Origin: Tepidisphaera sp.
GTDB taxonomy: Bacteria; Planctomycetota; Phycisphaerae; Phycisphaerales; UBA1924
Direction of reading: 5' to 3'
Assembly (NCBI GenBank): GCA_050916045.1
Contig: CP051526.1
Location: 4,020,154 to 4,084,153, forward strand
Length of the DNA: 64,000 bases
This document shows, in pieces, positions 9,256-18,260 of the stretch. Positions within the stretch are counted from its first letter, which is position 1. The number at the start of each line of letters is the position of its first letter. The position numbers and the translations under genes are program-made. The notes under the pieces were generated by a model. That model made no database searches. It saw only the letters and a list, made by a program, of their open reading frames with translations, and had not been told where the DNA came from.

Positions 9256-11391
9256 TCACTTCGGCGTCGCGGCCTGGGCTTCGTCCTTGGTCTTGGGCTT
9301 CCACTCCGGCTCGGCGAAGAGGAACGCCGTCCGGTTGTACCGGAGCACGACGAAGACGACCCGCTCGGGCTGCTCCTTCGCGAGGCGATCCATCACCTTC
9401 CGGAAGTCATCCACGCCGGAGATCTCGGTCCCCGCGATCTTCTGGATCAGGTCGCCGCCCTGCACGCCCGCGAGCCCGGCCCAGCCGACGTTCTCGACGC
9501 TGGTCACCAGCACACCCTTGACCGAGTCATCCCACTGCGCCTCATCGCGGTCAAAGAAAGTGACATCGCGGACGGAAAGCTCAAAGTCCTTGTTCTCATC
9601 GCGCTTGGCTTCCGCCGCGGAGAGACGCGTCTTCTCAAGGTTGACGGCGAGCGTCTCGGGCTTGCCCTCTCGCACGACCTTGATCGTGACTTTCTCGTCG
9701 GTCTTGAACTGGCGAACGGCCCGCTGAAGCTGGCCGGCGTCCTGTGTGCCGCGCGGAGCCATCTTCTGGTCGTTGATCGCGGTGATGATGTCCCCGGCTT
9801 TGAGGCCCGCGGACGCCGCGATCGTGCCCGGATAGACCTTCGTGACGCGGTACCCGGCCGTGCCGTCGGTCGTCAGGCGCTTGGCCAGATCGCGAAAGAC
9901 GGGCTGGCTTTCAACGCCAAGCCACGCTTTGGGAAGCTCGGGAGCTTCATCCTCCTTTTTCTGCGGGCGGGGCTTGATCAGCGTGACCTGGTCCTGCCCA
10001 CGGCGATCGACGCGGAGCAGGACGAACTCGGGGATCTTGTCCGGGCTGCTCACGTTCATGATGGACCGGTAGATCTCGACGGCTTCCTTGAAGGTGCGCA
10101 CCGGCTTGCCGTCGATCTCCTTGAGGATGTCGCCACCCTGAAGCTTGGGCTCGGCGAGGTCGGTGGGGCTGCCGGACTTGCTTCCGGTGATGAGCACGCC
10201 ATCGCGGTTCGCAAGCCTGCGGTTGCGTGCGATCGTCTCGGTGATCTCGGCGATCGAGAGGCCCCAGCCGCGGAGAAGCGTTTCGTCACCAATCTCGCGA
10301 AGCTGCTTGTCCGTCACGACCGGGATTGTCAGCGTCTGGCCGTCACGCACGACCGTGAAGCTCACCGTTCCGCCCACCGGCGTGCTCGCGATCTGCTTGA
10401 GAAGCGGCGGAATCTCCTCGGCGAACCTGACGGTCGTCGCTTGTTCGTTGATCTTGACGATGACGTCACCGGCTTTCACGCCGGCTTTGGCGGCCGGGCC
10501 GTCCTTGTTGACGGAGTTGACGAGCACGCCCTCCTTGATCCCCGTCTTGGAGATCGCTTTGAAGGACATGCCGACGTTGCTCCGTGTGACCTGGCCGTTG
10601 GCGATCAGTTCGGCGACCACCTCGCGGACGAGGGAAGCCGGGCTTGCAAAGCCCATGCCCGACCCGCCGCGCGTGTTGACCCCGACGATCTCGCCCTTCA
10701 TGTTGACGAGCGGGCCGCCCGAGTTGCCCGGATTGATCAGCGCATCGTGCTGGATCCAACGCGTGTAGTTCCCCGTGGACTGCCCGTAATCAAGCTCCAT
10801 CTCGTCAACATCCTCGCTGCCGAAGCCCGAGGTGAAAACCCGGCTGGTGTTGCTCACAATGCCGAGCGTCACGCTCCGCGAAAGCGAGAACGGCGACCCC
10901 ATCGCCAGAACATTGTCGCCCACCTGCAGCTCGTCGGAGTTCCCCCACGAGGCCGTCGCGAGCGTGGTCCCCGGCTTGAGCTCGTTCAGGTTGAGCTTGA
11001 GCACGGCCAGGTCGGTCGCGGGGTCCTCGCCGACCATGGTGGCCGTGATCTCCTGCTTGTCGGCGAGCGTGCAGAAGAACTTCTTCCCGTCGCTGGTAAC
11101 GTGAGCGTTGGTCACCACCAGCCCCTCGGGCGAGATGATCGTGCCCGAACCGCTGCCGCCACCCTTGTTCTCCTGCCCGCCGTAGTACGAAACCGTCACC
11201 ACCCGGATGTTCACCAGAGCCGGGAAGACTTTGTCCCGCGCCGAAGCGGTCAGATTCCTGATTTCGGTCAAAAGGGTGTCGTCGCCCGTCGCTGCACCCG
11301 AACCGGAACCGGCACAGCCGGCAACACCCCCCGCAAGCAGGAGAAGCGTGCAGACCGAAAGAGCGCGAAGAACGGGTACTGTTTGGATCAC
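9256..11391 (-). CDS. HtrA/DegP-family serine protease lipoprotein with four PDZ domains
   Basis: Lipobox VAGC; triad motifs TNAH, TDLAVLK and NPGNSGGP; four PDZ repeats; GTG start inferred at 11391. Confidence 0.92.
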   Translation of the reverse strand: MIQTVPVLRALSVCTLLLLAGGVAGCAGSGSGAATGDDTLLTEIRNLTASARDKVFPALVNIRVVTVSYYGGQENKGGGSGSGTIISPEGLVVTNAHVTSDGKKFFCTLADKQEITATMVGEDPATDLAVLKLNLNELKPGTTLATASWGNSDELQVGDNVLAMGSPFSLSRSVTLGIVSNTSRVFTSGFGSEDVDEMELDYGQSTGNYTRWIQHDALINPGNSGGPLVNMKGEIVGVNTRGGSGMGFASPASLVREVVAELIANGQVTRSNVGMSFKAISKTGIKEGVLVNSVNKDGPAAKAGVKAGDVIVKINEQATTVRFAEEIPPLLKQIASTPVGGTVSFTVVRDGQTLTIPVVTDKQLREIGDETLLRGWGLSIAEITETIARNRRLANRDGVLITGSKSGSPTDLAEPKLQGGDILKEIDGKPVRTFKEAVEIYRSIMNVSSPDKIPEFVLLRVDRRGQDQVTLIKPRPQKKEDEAPELPKAWLGVESQPVFRDLAKRLTTDGTAGYRVTKVYPGTIAASAGLKAGDIITAINDQKMAPRGTQDAGQLQRAVRQFKTDEKVTIKVVREGKPETLAVNLEKTRLSAAEAKRDENKDFELSVRDVTFFDRDEAQWDDSVKGVLVTSVENVGWAGLAGVQGGDLIQKIAGTEISGVDDFRKVMDRLAKEQPERVVFVVLRYNRTAFLFAEPEWKPKTKDEAQAATPK

Positions 11392-11649
11392 CAGGGAGCT
11401 CCTTGTTGCGGGCCGACCGGAATTCGGCGGTTGGCCGGGAAAGCGTACACCAACGGAGGGTCGGTTACACGGAAGCGGTTTGGGGGTTTTACCTGCGACT
11501 TTCGCGAGAGGTTCGGGGTTGTGCCACGCGTGAGAGTCGGTTAAACTTTCCCTCATTCGAAAGGATCGGCAACTGCAGAGGTTCTTCCTGACCCGACAGT
11601 TCTTTTCACAAAGGGTGGAGGGGTGCGTCCCCCATCGTCCGACTGGAGA

Positions 11650-12864
11650 TTGAGTTTGCATCCAATTCTGAGTCGTTTGTTCGGACCCCTTGTGGGCGCC
11701 CTTGTGGTCCTTGTCGCGCTGACGAAGCCAGCGACGGCGGACGAGCTCGGGCGCATTTTCCTCTTCGATCAGGAGTACGTCCTCCAGCGATTTGACTACA
11801 ACGCGCACATTTCGTTCCCCGATCGGCGAACCCCGGGGCGAACCTGCCAACTCTGGGGCGTCTCCGGAGCCACCTTCGATCAGGAACGCGGCGTCCTCAT
11901 CCTGACGAGCAACACCCAGCAGAACGTCGCACCGTACTCGTACAAGAACTACGTCATCGAAGCCGAGGTCAATCTCGGGCCCACCGGCCTGGTCACCGGC
12001 TTGTCCCACACGCGGACCCTCGTCGCAGGCGACACCTCCACCATGGGCTACGACCTCGAGCCGCGCGGCGTGACCATCAATACCAGCGATCAGGGCCTCG
12101 GAGCCGGGGGCAACCTCGTCGTCTCCACCTCGAACAACTGGCTTCGGGCTTTCGACATCCAGACCGGCGATCCGATCATCTGGGGCCCCAGCACGGACAA
12201 CGGCTTCCCGATCAACGTGCCCAACACCTCGACCGAGGACGCCGCGTACGTCCCCGGAACCAACTCGTTCTTCACGATCTGGCGGGCTCCCGTCTCCGCG
12301 TGCACCATCTTCAACCGATTCGGCCGCACCGGCCCGGCGTTCTACGTCGCCCGAAGCCGCGACCAGTCGATGGCGGGCCTCCCCGTCTCGATCAGCTGCC
12401 TCGAGCCCTGGGCGCAGTTCCCTCGCCTCTTTGAGTTCCAGACCACCATCTTGGTCGGGACTGACAGCGCCAACCCCGCGATCGAAGCCTACGACGTGCG
12501 GAGCCGCTTCATCACTCGCGAGCGTCTGTCCAGCGTCCCCACGCCGGGCGCCAAGACGTTCCCGCTCCACGGCTCGAACTCGCAGCTCTGGATCTCGGCC
12601 ATCGCCAACGACCGCAACACGGGCCGCTTGTTCGTCTTCAACCGCGGCAACGCCCTGGGCACGACGGACGTCTTCGTGCTCACGCCACTGCCGATCCCGT
12701 GCTTTGCCGACTTCAACCTCGACGGCTTCCTGGACTTCTTCGACTACGACGATTTCGGCTGGGCCTACGAGACCGGCGACATGCGAGCGGACTTCAACCG
12801 CGACGGCTTCCTGGACTTCTTCGACTACGACGGCTTCAAGGAGGTTTACGAAGCCGGCTGCTGA
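11650..12864 (+). CDS. secreted beta-propeller-like protein with C-terminal GC-type dockerin domain
   Basis: Signal peptide; tail CFADFNLDGFLDFFDYDDF...ADFNRDGFLDFFDYDGF..EAGC; exact start uncertain. Confidence 0.85.
   Translation: MSLHPILSRLFGPLVGALVVLVALTKPATADELGRIFLFDQEYVLQRFDYNAHISFPDRRTPGRTCQLWGVSGATFDQERGVLILTSNTQQNVAPYSYKNYVIEAEVNLGPTGLVTGLSHTRTLVAGDTSTMGYDLEPRGVTINTSDQGLGAGGNLVVSTSNNWLRAFDIQTGDPIIWGPSTDNGFPINVPNTSTEDAAYVPGTNSFFTIWRAPVSACTIFNRFGRTGPAFYVARSRDQSMAGLPVSISCLEPWAQFPRLFEFQTTILVGTDSANPAIEAYDVRSRFITRERLSSVPTPGAKTFPLHGSNSQLWISAIANDRNTGRLFVFNRGNALGTTDVFVLTPLPIPCFADFNLDGFLDFFDYDDFGWAYETGDMRADFNRDGFLDFFDYDGFKEVYEAGC
12709..12832 (+). repeat. 43-nt direct repeat (two copies, one mismatch) encoding the paired Ca-binding loops of the dockerin
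   Basis: GACTTCAACC(T/G)CGACGGCTTCCTGGACTTCTTCGACTACGACG at 12709 and 12790. Confidence 0.9.
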
Positions 12865-13986
12865 TCAGGGCCGAGGAGCTCGATCCCCCAGAACATCCGC
12901 CGCGTCAGCCAAGCTGGCGCCGCGGGCCGTGACATGGCCGACCTTGCGGCCCGGCTTGGGGTCCTTGCCGTACCAATGAACACACGCGCCCGGACGCCCG
13001 AGCAGGGCGTCTGCGGCCGCGCGCGGCACGCCAATCAGGTTGTCCATCACCGCCGCTCCGCATGCCATCGCCGTCGGGCCGATGGGCTGGCCCGCGACCG
13101 CCCGCACGTGGTTCTCAAACTGCGAGCAGACGGAGCCCTCGATCGTCCAGTGCCCGCTGTTGTGCACCCGCGGAGCCATCTCGTTCCCCATCAGGATCGG
13201 CCCGCGCGGCGTGGCCACCTCGAAGAACTCGATCGCGAGCACGCCCACATACCCGAGCCTTTCCATGATCGCACGCGCGTACCCCTCGGCCGCCTGCTGG
13301 AGCGCCGGCTCCACGTCCGGAGCGGGCGCGATCGATCGGCGGAGAATCCCGCCCTCGTGGCGGTTCTGCACCAGCGGGTAGGCCGCCGTCGATCCATCCA
13401 CACCGCGCACCGCCAGGATCGAAAGCTCCCGCGCAAAGGTCACAAACGCTTCCGCGACCACGCCCGGATCCCCCGCTCCGATCGACGCCCACGCCGCATC
13501 CACCGCCGCCGGGGACGCATCGCGAAGGACCGCTTGCCCTTTGCCGTCATACCCCATGCGCCTGGACTTGACCACGCACGGCACGCCAACCTTCGCCACC
13601 GCTTCGCGCAGCTCGCCCGCGGATGACGCGCACGCGAACTCGGGCACCGCAAGCCCGACCTCGCGGAAAAGCGTCTTCTCAAACAAGCGATCCTGCCCGG
13701 TTCGGAGCGCCTGCACGCCCGGCCGAACGGGCACGCTCGCCATCGCCTGGATCTTCTCGAGCGCCCCGGCGGGCACGTTCTCGAACTCAAACGTGACCAC
13801 GTCCACCGACGCGAGGAATTCCTTGAGCGCCGCGGGATCGTCGTACGCCCCGATCACGACCCTCCCCACCGCCGCCGCGGGAGCATCGGGCGACGGGTCC
13901 AGAAAGACAAACCGGTGCCCGAGCGGAATCCCCGCCAGCGCCAGCATCTGCCCGAGTTGTCCGCCGCCGAGAACGCCGATGTTCAT
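12865..13986 (-). CDS. purK: N5-carboxyaminoimidazole ribonucleotide synthase
   Basis: GGGQLG, VTFEFEN, GYDGKGQ, NEMAPRVHNSGH and GRKVGH motifs. Confidence 0.96.
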   Translation of the reverse strand: MNIGVLGGGQLGQMLALAGIPLGHRFVFLDPSPDAPAAAVGRVVIGAYDDPAALKEFLASVDVVTFEFENVPAGALEKIQAMASVPVRPGVQALRTGQDRLFEKTLFREVGLAVPEFACASSAGELREAVAKVGVPCVVKSRRMGYDGKGQAVLRDASPAAVDAAWASIGAGDPGVVAEAFVTFARELSILAVRGVDGSTAAYPLVQNRHEGGILRRSIAPAPDVEPALQQAAEGYARAIMERLGYVGVLAIEFFEVATPRGPILMGNEMAPRVHNSGHWTIEGSVCSQFENHVRAVAGQPIGPTAMACGAAVMDNLIGVPRAAADALLGRPGACVHWYGKDPKPGRKVGHVTARGASLADAADVLGDRAPRP

Positions 13987-14001
13987 GCTTGCTCTTTCCC
14001 G

Positions 14002-14559
14002 TCACCGAGCCTTCGAGGGCTTTGCCTGTTTCGGCCGCGGATCCCGGTCCGCGAGGACCGATTGCGTCTGCGTTTCGCGCCACGCTCGAAGCCGCTCGCG
14101 AACCTCCGGCCGGCTCCCCGACACGATCGACGCCGCCAGAAGCCCCGCGTTGATCGCTCCCGCTTTTCCCGGTGCCAGCGTGCCCACCGGCACACCGCCC
14201 GGCATCGACACGATCGAAAGCAAGCTGTCCAGCCCGTTCACGCTGTCCGTTCGCGTCGCCGACACCACCGGCACACCAAGCACCGGAAGCACCGTCAGGC
14301 TCGCCGTCATCCCCGGCAGGTGCGCCGCGCCCCCCGCGCCCGCGATGATCACCTCAAGCCCGCGCCCCTCCGCGCCTTTCGCATACTCCACCATCCATTC
14401 CGGCGTCCGATGGGCCGACACCACGAGGCACTCGTGCGGCACACCCAGGGCTTCGAGCGTTTCCGATGCATGACGCATCGTCTCCCAATCCGACTTGGAC
14501 CCCATGATGACGCCCACCAAAGCGGCGGGGCTGTCGGGGCGTGCTTGGCGCTTGCTCAT
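14002..14559 (-). CDS. purE: N5-CAIR mutase
   Basis: [21 protein letters not shown] and [11 protein letters not shown] motifs. Confidence 0.96.
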   Translation of the reverse strand: MSKRQARPDSPAALVGVIMGSKSDWETMRHASETLEALGVPHECLVVSAHRTPEWMVEYAKGAEGRGLEVIIAGAGGAAHLPGMTASLTVLPVLGVPVVSATRTDSVNGLDSLLSIVSMPGGVPVGTLAPGKAGAINAGLLAASIVSGSRPEVRERLRAWRETQTQSVLADRDPRPKQAKPSKAR

Positions 14560-14655
14560 AGGCCGCATGGTACCCACATCGTCTCTCGGATCGTGTAACC
14601 CGCCGCGACAAAGCGCCATCTAACCGGTGGAACGCACACCCCAAGGAACACGCTC

Positions 14656-15891
14656 ATGAACCGCGCCGCCCTCCTCGCTTTGCTCGCCGTTTCCACCCTC
14701 ACCCCCGCTCTGCTCGCCCAGTACGCGGGTTCGGCCCAACAACCGGTCACCCAACCGGCCGCCCCATCCGCTCCGGCAAGCCCCGCTCCGGCCAAGCCCG
14801 AGCCCGTCCGCGCCACCGCGCAGTGGAACCTCGCCGCCAAGGACCGCCTCGCCATCCAGGGTTACGACCCGGTCGCGTACTTCCCCGAAGCCGGCGGCAT
14901 CGCCAAGGAGGGCCTCGCGTCCATCACCTCCGACCACAAAGGCGCCGTCTACCGCTTTGCTTCCGCCGAGAACAAAGCCCGCTTTGACGCCAACCCCGAC
15001 AAGTTCGAGCCCGCGTACGGCGGCTGGTGCGCCTGGGCGATGCTCGACGGCGAAAAAGTCGAGATCGACCCCAAATCCTTCATCGTGAAGGGCGGACGCC
15101 TCTTCCTCTTCTACAACGGCTTCTTCGCCGACACCAAAGCCAAGTGGTCCAAGGGCGACCACAACGCCGAAGCCACCAAAGCCGACGCCAAGTGGCTCGG
15201 CCTCTCCGGAGAATCCCCCCGCACGCCCAAGTCCACCGCGCTCAAGGACAAGCTCGACGCCAAGGGCGCTGAACTCGCCGCCAAAATGCCCCCCGCGATG
15301 AACGAGACCTTCGACAAGGGCATCAAGGACATCGCCGCCTCCGGCGTCCTCGCCACCGCCCTCAAGGTCGGCGACAAAGCCCCGGACTTCGAGCTCGCCG
15401 ACGCTTCGGGCAAGATGGTGTCCCTCAAGTCCATGCTCGCCGAAGGTCCCGTCGTCCTTACCTGGTACCGCGGGGCCTGGTGCCCCTTCTGCGATGTCCA
15501 GCTCCGCGCCTACCAGGACGCCATGCCCGAGATCAAAGCCGCCGGCGCCCGCATGGTCGCTCTCTCGCCCCAGACCGTCGAAGCCACCATGGGCCTCACC
15601 AAGAAAGCCTCCCTCACCATGGACGCCCTCTCCGACACCGACAACAAGGTCGCCAAGGCCTACGGCATCGCGTACAAAGTCTCCGAGCCCGTCGCCACCA
15701 TCCTTGAAAACGGCGTCCAGCTCTCCAAGGTCAACGGCACCAGCTCCGCCGAACTCCCCCTCGCCGCGACGTACATCGTCGACACCTCCGGCAGCATCGC
15801 CTACGCCTTCGTCGACGCCGACTACCACAAGCGAGCCGAACCTGCCGAGATCGTGAACGCCCTCAACACGCTCAAAGCCGGCAAGAAGTGA
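14656..15891 (+). CDS. exported fusion of a YHS-associated domain and a peroxiredoxin-like (AhpC/TSA) domain
   Basis: Signal peptide; AIQGYDPVAYF and PAYGGWCAWAM; then APDFEL and YRGAWCPFC. Confidence 0.88.
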   Translation: MNRAALLALLAVSTLTPALLAQYAGSAQQPVTQPAAPSAPASPAPAKPEPVRATAQWNLAAKDRLAIQGYDPVAYFPEAGGIAKEGLASITSDHKGAVYRFASAENKARFDANPDKFEPAYGGWCAWAMLDGEKVEIDPKSFIVKGGRLFLFYNGFFADTKAKWSKGDHNAEATKADAKWLGLSGESPRTPKSTALKDKLDAKGAELAAKMPPAMNETFDKGIKDIAASGVLATALKVGDKAPDFELADASGKMVSLKSMLAEGPVVLTWYRGAWCPFCDVQLRAYQDAMPEIKAAGARMVALSPQTVEATMGLTKKASLTMDALSDTDNKVAKAYGIAYKVSEPVATILENGVQLSKVNGTSSAELPLAATYIVDTSGSIAYAFVDADYHKRAEPAEIVNALNTLKAGKK

Positions 15892-15982
15892 CCCTGGCGG
15901 CCGGCCCGCCACATCCCGCATCTCGACCACGCACACGGCGACCGCCCGCAAACCCCGGGCGGTCGTCTCCGTACCCTCGGTC

Positions 15983-17536
15983 ATGACCGGACCGTCAGCA
16001 AGCGATCCCCACTTTCTCGAATCCGTCTCCGCCATGGCTCGCTGGATCGAGTCCTATTGGGACCGCCTCCCTTCTCTCCCCGTCCTCTCCCAAGCCAAGC
16101 CCGGCGAGGTCCTCGCCAAGCTCCCCGACCACCCACCAGAAGCCGGATCGGGCACAAGCCAAGCCTTCTGGGACGACATCCGCCGCGACCTGGACGCCAT
16201 CGTCGTCCCCGGCCTCACGCACTGGCAGCACCCCGGCTTCTTCGCGTACTTCCCCGCCAACATCTCCACCCCCGCCATCGTCGGCGAGCTGCTTTCCGCC
16301 GGCCTTGGCGTGCAGGGGATGCTCTGGCTCACAAGCCCCGCGTGCACCGAGATCGAGACCCGCGTGCTCGACTGGCTCCGCGAAATGCTCGGCCTGCCCG
16401 CGTGCTTTGACAGCCGGTCCTCCCTCAACGGCGGGTCCAACGGGGGTGGAGTGATCCAAGGCACCGCCAGCGAAGCCACGCTCTCCGCGTTGGTCGCCGC
16501 TCGCGACAGGGCCCGCCGATCGCTCAGCAGCCAAGCCGCGAACGCAGCCCCGCGCCTGCGACCCGAGTACACCGTCTACGCCTCCACGCAGGCCCACTCC
16601 TCCATCATGAAAGCCGCGATGATCGCCGGCATCGCCGACAGCGCCGCCGACACCCGGCACGTCCGCCTCATCGATGTCGACGACGCGTACGCGATGCGGA
16701 CCGACCTCCTCGAAGCCGCCCTCCGCGAGGACCTCGCCGCCGGTCTGACGCCCTGCTTCGTCTGCGCCAACGTCGGCACGACCGCGACCACCGCGATGGA
16801 CCCCATTGGCGGCATCGCCGCCGCGCTCGACCGAGTCTTCGCCGCTTCGGGCCGCCCCCGGCCCTGGCTCCACGTCGACGCCGCCCACGCCGGGGCCGCC
16901 GCCGTCTGCCCCGAGTTCCGCCCGATGCTCAAGGGCGTGGAGCACGCCGACTCCTTCTGCTTCAACCCGCACAAGTGGCTGCTGACGAACTTCGACTGCG
17001 ACTGCTTCTACGTCAAGGACCGCCGCCCGCTGATCGACGCCCTTTCGATCACGCCCGACTACCTGCGGAACCAAGCGTCCGACTCCGGAGCCGTGATCGA
17101 CTACCGCGACTGGCAGATCCCCCTGGGCCGCCGCTTCCGCGCCCTCAAGCTCTGGTTCGTCATCCGGGCTTTCGGCGTCGAAGGCCTCCAAGCCCACATC
17201 CGCCGGACGGTCGCCCTCGCCGCCCAATTCGAAGCTCTGGTCCGAGCCGACGACCGGTTCGAGATCGTCGCCCCCCGCACCGTCAACCTCGTCTGCTTCC
17301 GCCTCAAGGGGTCCGACGACCTCAACCGCACGCTGGTCGACACCATCAACGCCTCGGGCCGGGCGTTTCTCATCCACACGGTGGTGCCGACCCGCCCGAT
17401 GAGCCCCGGCAAACCCGCCAAGACGCTCATCCTTCGCCTCGCCGTCGGCGCCCCCGCGACCGAGCAAGCCCACATCGACGCGGTCTGGGACCAGATCAAG
17501 CAGACCGCTTCCGACCTCCTAGGCTTGTCCCGATGA
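15983..17536 (+). CDS. PLP-dependent group II (aromatic L-amino acid-type) decarboxylase
   Basis: THWQHPGFFAYFP, SPACTE, WLHVDAA, NPHKWL (PLP lysine) and WQIPLGRRFRALKLW motifs. Confidence 0.93.
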   Translation: MTGPSASDPHFLESVSAMARWIESYWDRLPSLPVLSQAKPGEVLAKLPDHPPEAGSGTSQAFWDDIRRDLDAIVVPGLTHWQHPGFFAYFPANISTPAIVGELLSAGLGVQGMLWLTSPACTEIETRVLDWLREMLGLPACFDSRSSLNGGSNGGGVIQGTASEATLSALVAARDRARRSLSSQAANAAPRLRPEYTVYASTQAHSSIMKAAMIAGIADSAADTRHVRLIDVDDAYAMRTDLLEAALREDLAAGLTPCFVCANVGTTATTAMDPIGGIAAALDRVFAASGRPRPWLHVDAAHAGAAAVCPEFRPMLKGVEHADSFCFNPHKWLLTNFDCDCFYVKDRRPLIDALSITPDYLRNQASDSGAVIDYRDWQIPLGRRFRALKLWFVIRAFGVEGLQAHIRRTVALAAQFEALVRADDRFEIVAPRTVNLVCFRLKGSDDLNRTLVDTINASGRAFLIHTVVPTRPMSPGKPAKTLILRLAVGAPATEQAHIDAVWDQIKQTASDLLGLSR

Positions 17537-18240
17537 AACGGGCCCTGCGGCTGCTCTGCCTGCTCCCCCTCGCCACGCTCGCGGCGTGCTCGGCCCCCCC
17601 GCGCCCCGTCAGCGGGATCATCATCCCCGCGGGCAAGTACACCCAAGCTTTCGACGCCGCCCGCGACGCCGTCCGCGAGCTTCGCTTTGACCTCGAGCGC
17701 GTCGACGCCCGCCAGGGCGTGCTCACGACCCGTGCCAAAGCCACCAACGGCCTCGCGACGCCGTGGGACGTCGAACAGACCACCACCGAGCAGGAACTCG
17801 AGGACCTGGTCAACCAGCAGTCCCGCAAGGTCCGCGTCGTCTTCACCGCCCGGGCGGCGCAGCCCTCGGGCGCGGCCGCTTCGGATGATCTGGGCGACCT
17901 TCCCCCGCTCCAGGACGCGCCCCTCCCGCAGGACCTTCTGTCGCACCCCGGCACCGTCACGATGCGCGTCGTCGTCACCCGCTCCCGCACCCAGCGACCC
18001 GGCTGGCGACTCTCGACCAACTCGGTCCGGAGCAGTTCGTTCAGCATCGACCCCGCGCGCGGCGAAACGCCCGTAGACGCCGAGTACGAATCCTCCGCCG
18101 GCGAAGACCGCGACCTGGCCACCCGCGTGCTCGAAAGCGTCCGCGTCGCCCTCGATCTTCCCAAGCCGCGCACCTCCACGACCACGCGCCGCCGGCCCGC
18201 TCCGGTCGACCCCTCCAAGGTGCCCCCGGCGATGCCCTGA
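17533..18240 (+). CDS. hypothetical lipoprotein
   Basis: ATGA overlap with the decarboxylase stop; lipobox LAAC. Confidence 0.8.
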   Translation: MKRALRLLCLLPLATLAACSAPPRPVSGIIIPAGKYTQAFDAARDAVRELRFDLERVDARQGVLTTRAKATNGLATPWDVEQTTTEQELEDLVNQQSRKVRVVFTARAAQPSGAAASDDLGDLPPLQDAPLPQDLLSHPGTVTMRVVVTRSRTQRPGWRLSTNSVRSSSFSIDPARGETPVDAEYESSAGEDRDLATRVLESVRVALDLPKPRTSTTTRRRPAPVDPSKVPPAMP

Positions 18241-18260
18241 CCGCCGCTCTGGAACCCCGC

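Noticed and set aside
11392..12570. 393-codon N-terminal extension of the HtrA ORF
   Set aside because: It is antisense to the dockerin protein gene, and the lipoprotein signal begins near 11391.
12709..12832. Direct repeat as a possible mini-CRISPR
   Set aside because: Only two in-frame copies, which encode dockerin loops; no cas genes nearby.
14656..15891. Selenoprotein possibility for the YHS/peroxiredoxin fusion
   Set aside because: No in-frame TGA; the redox positions are ordinary Cys codons.
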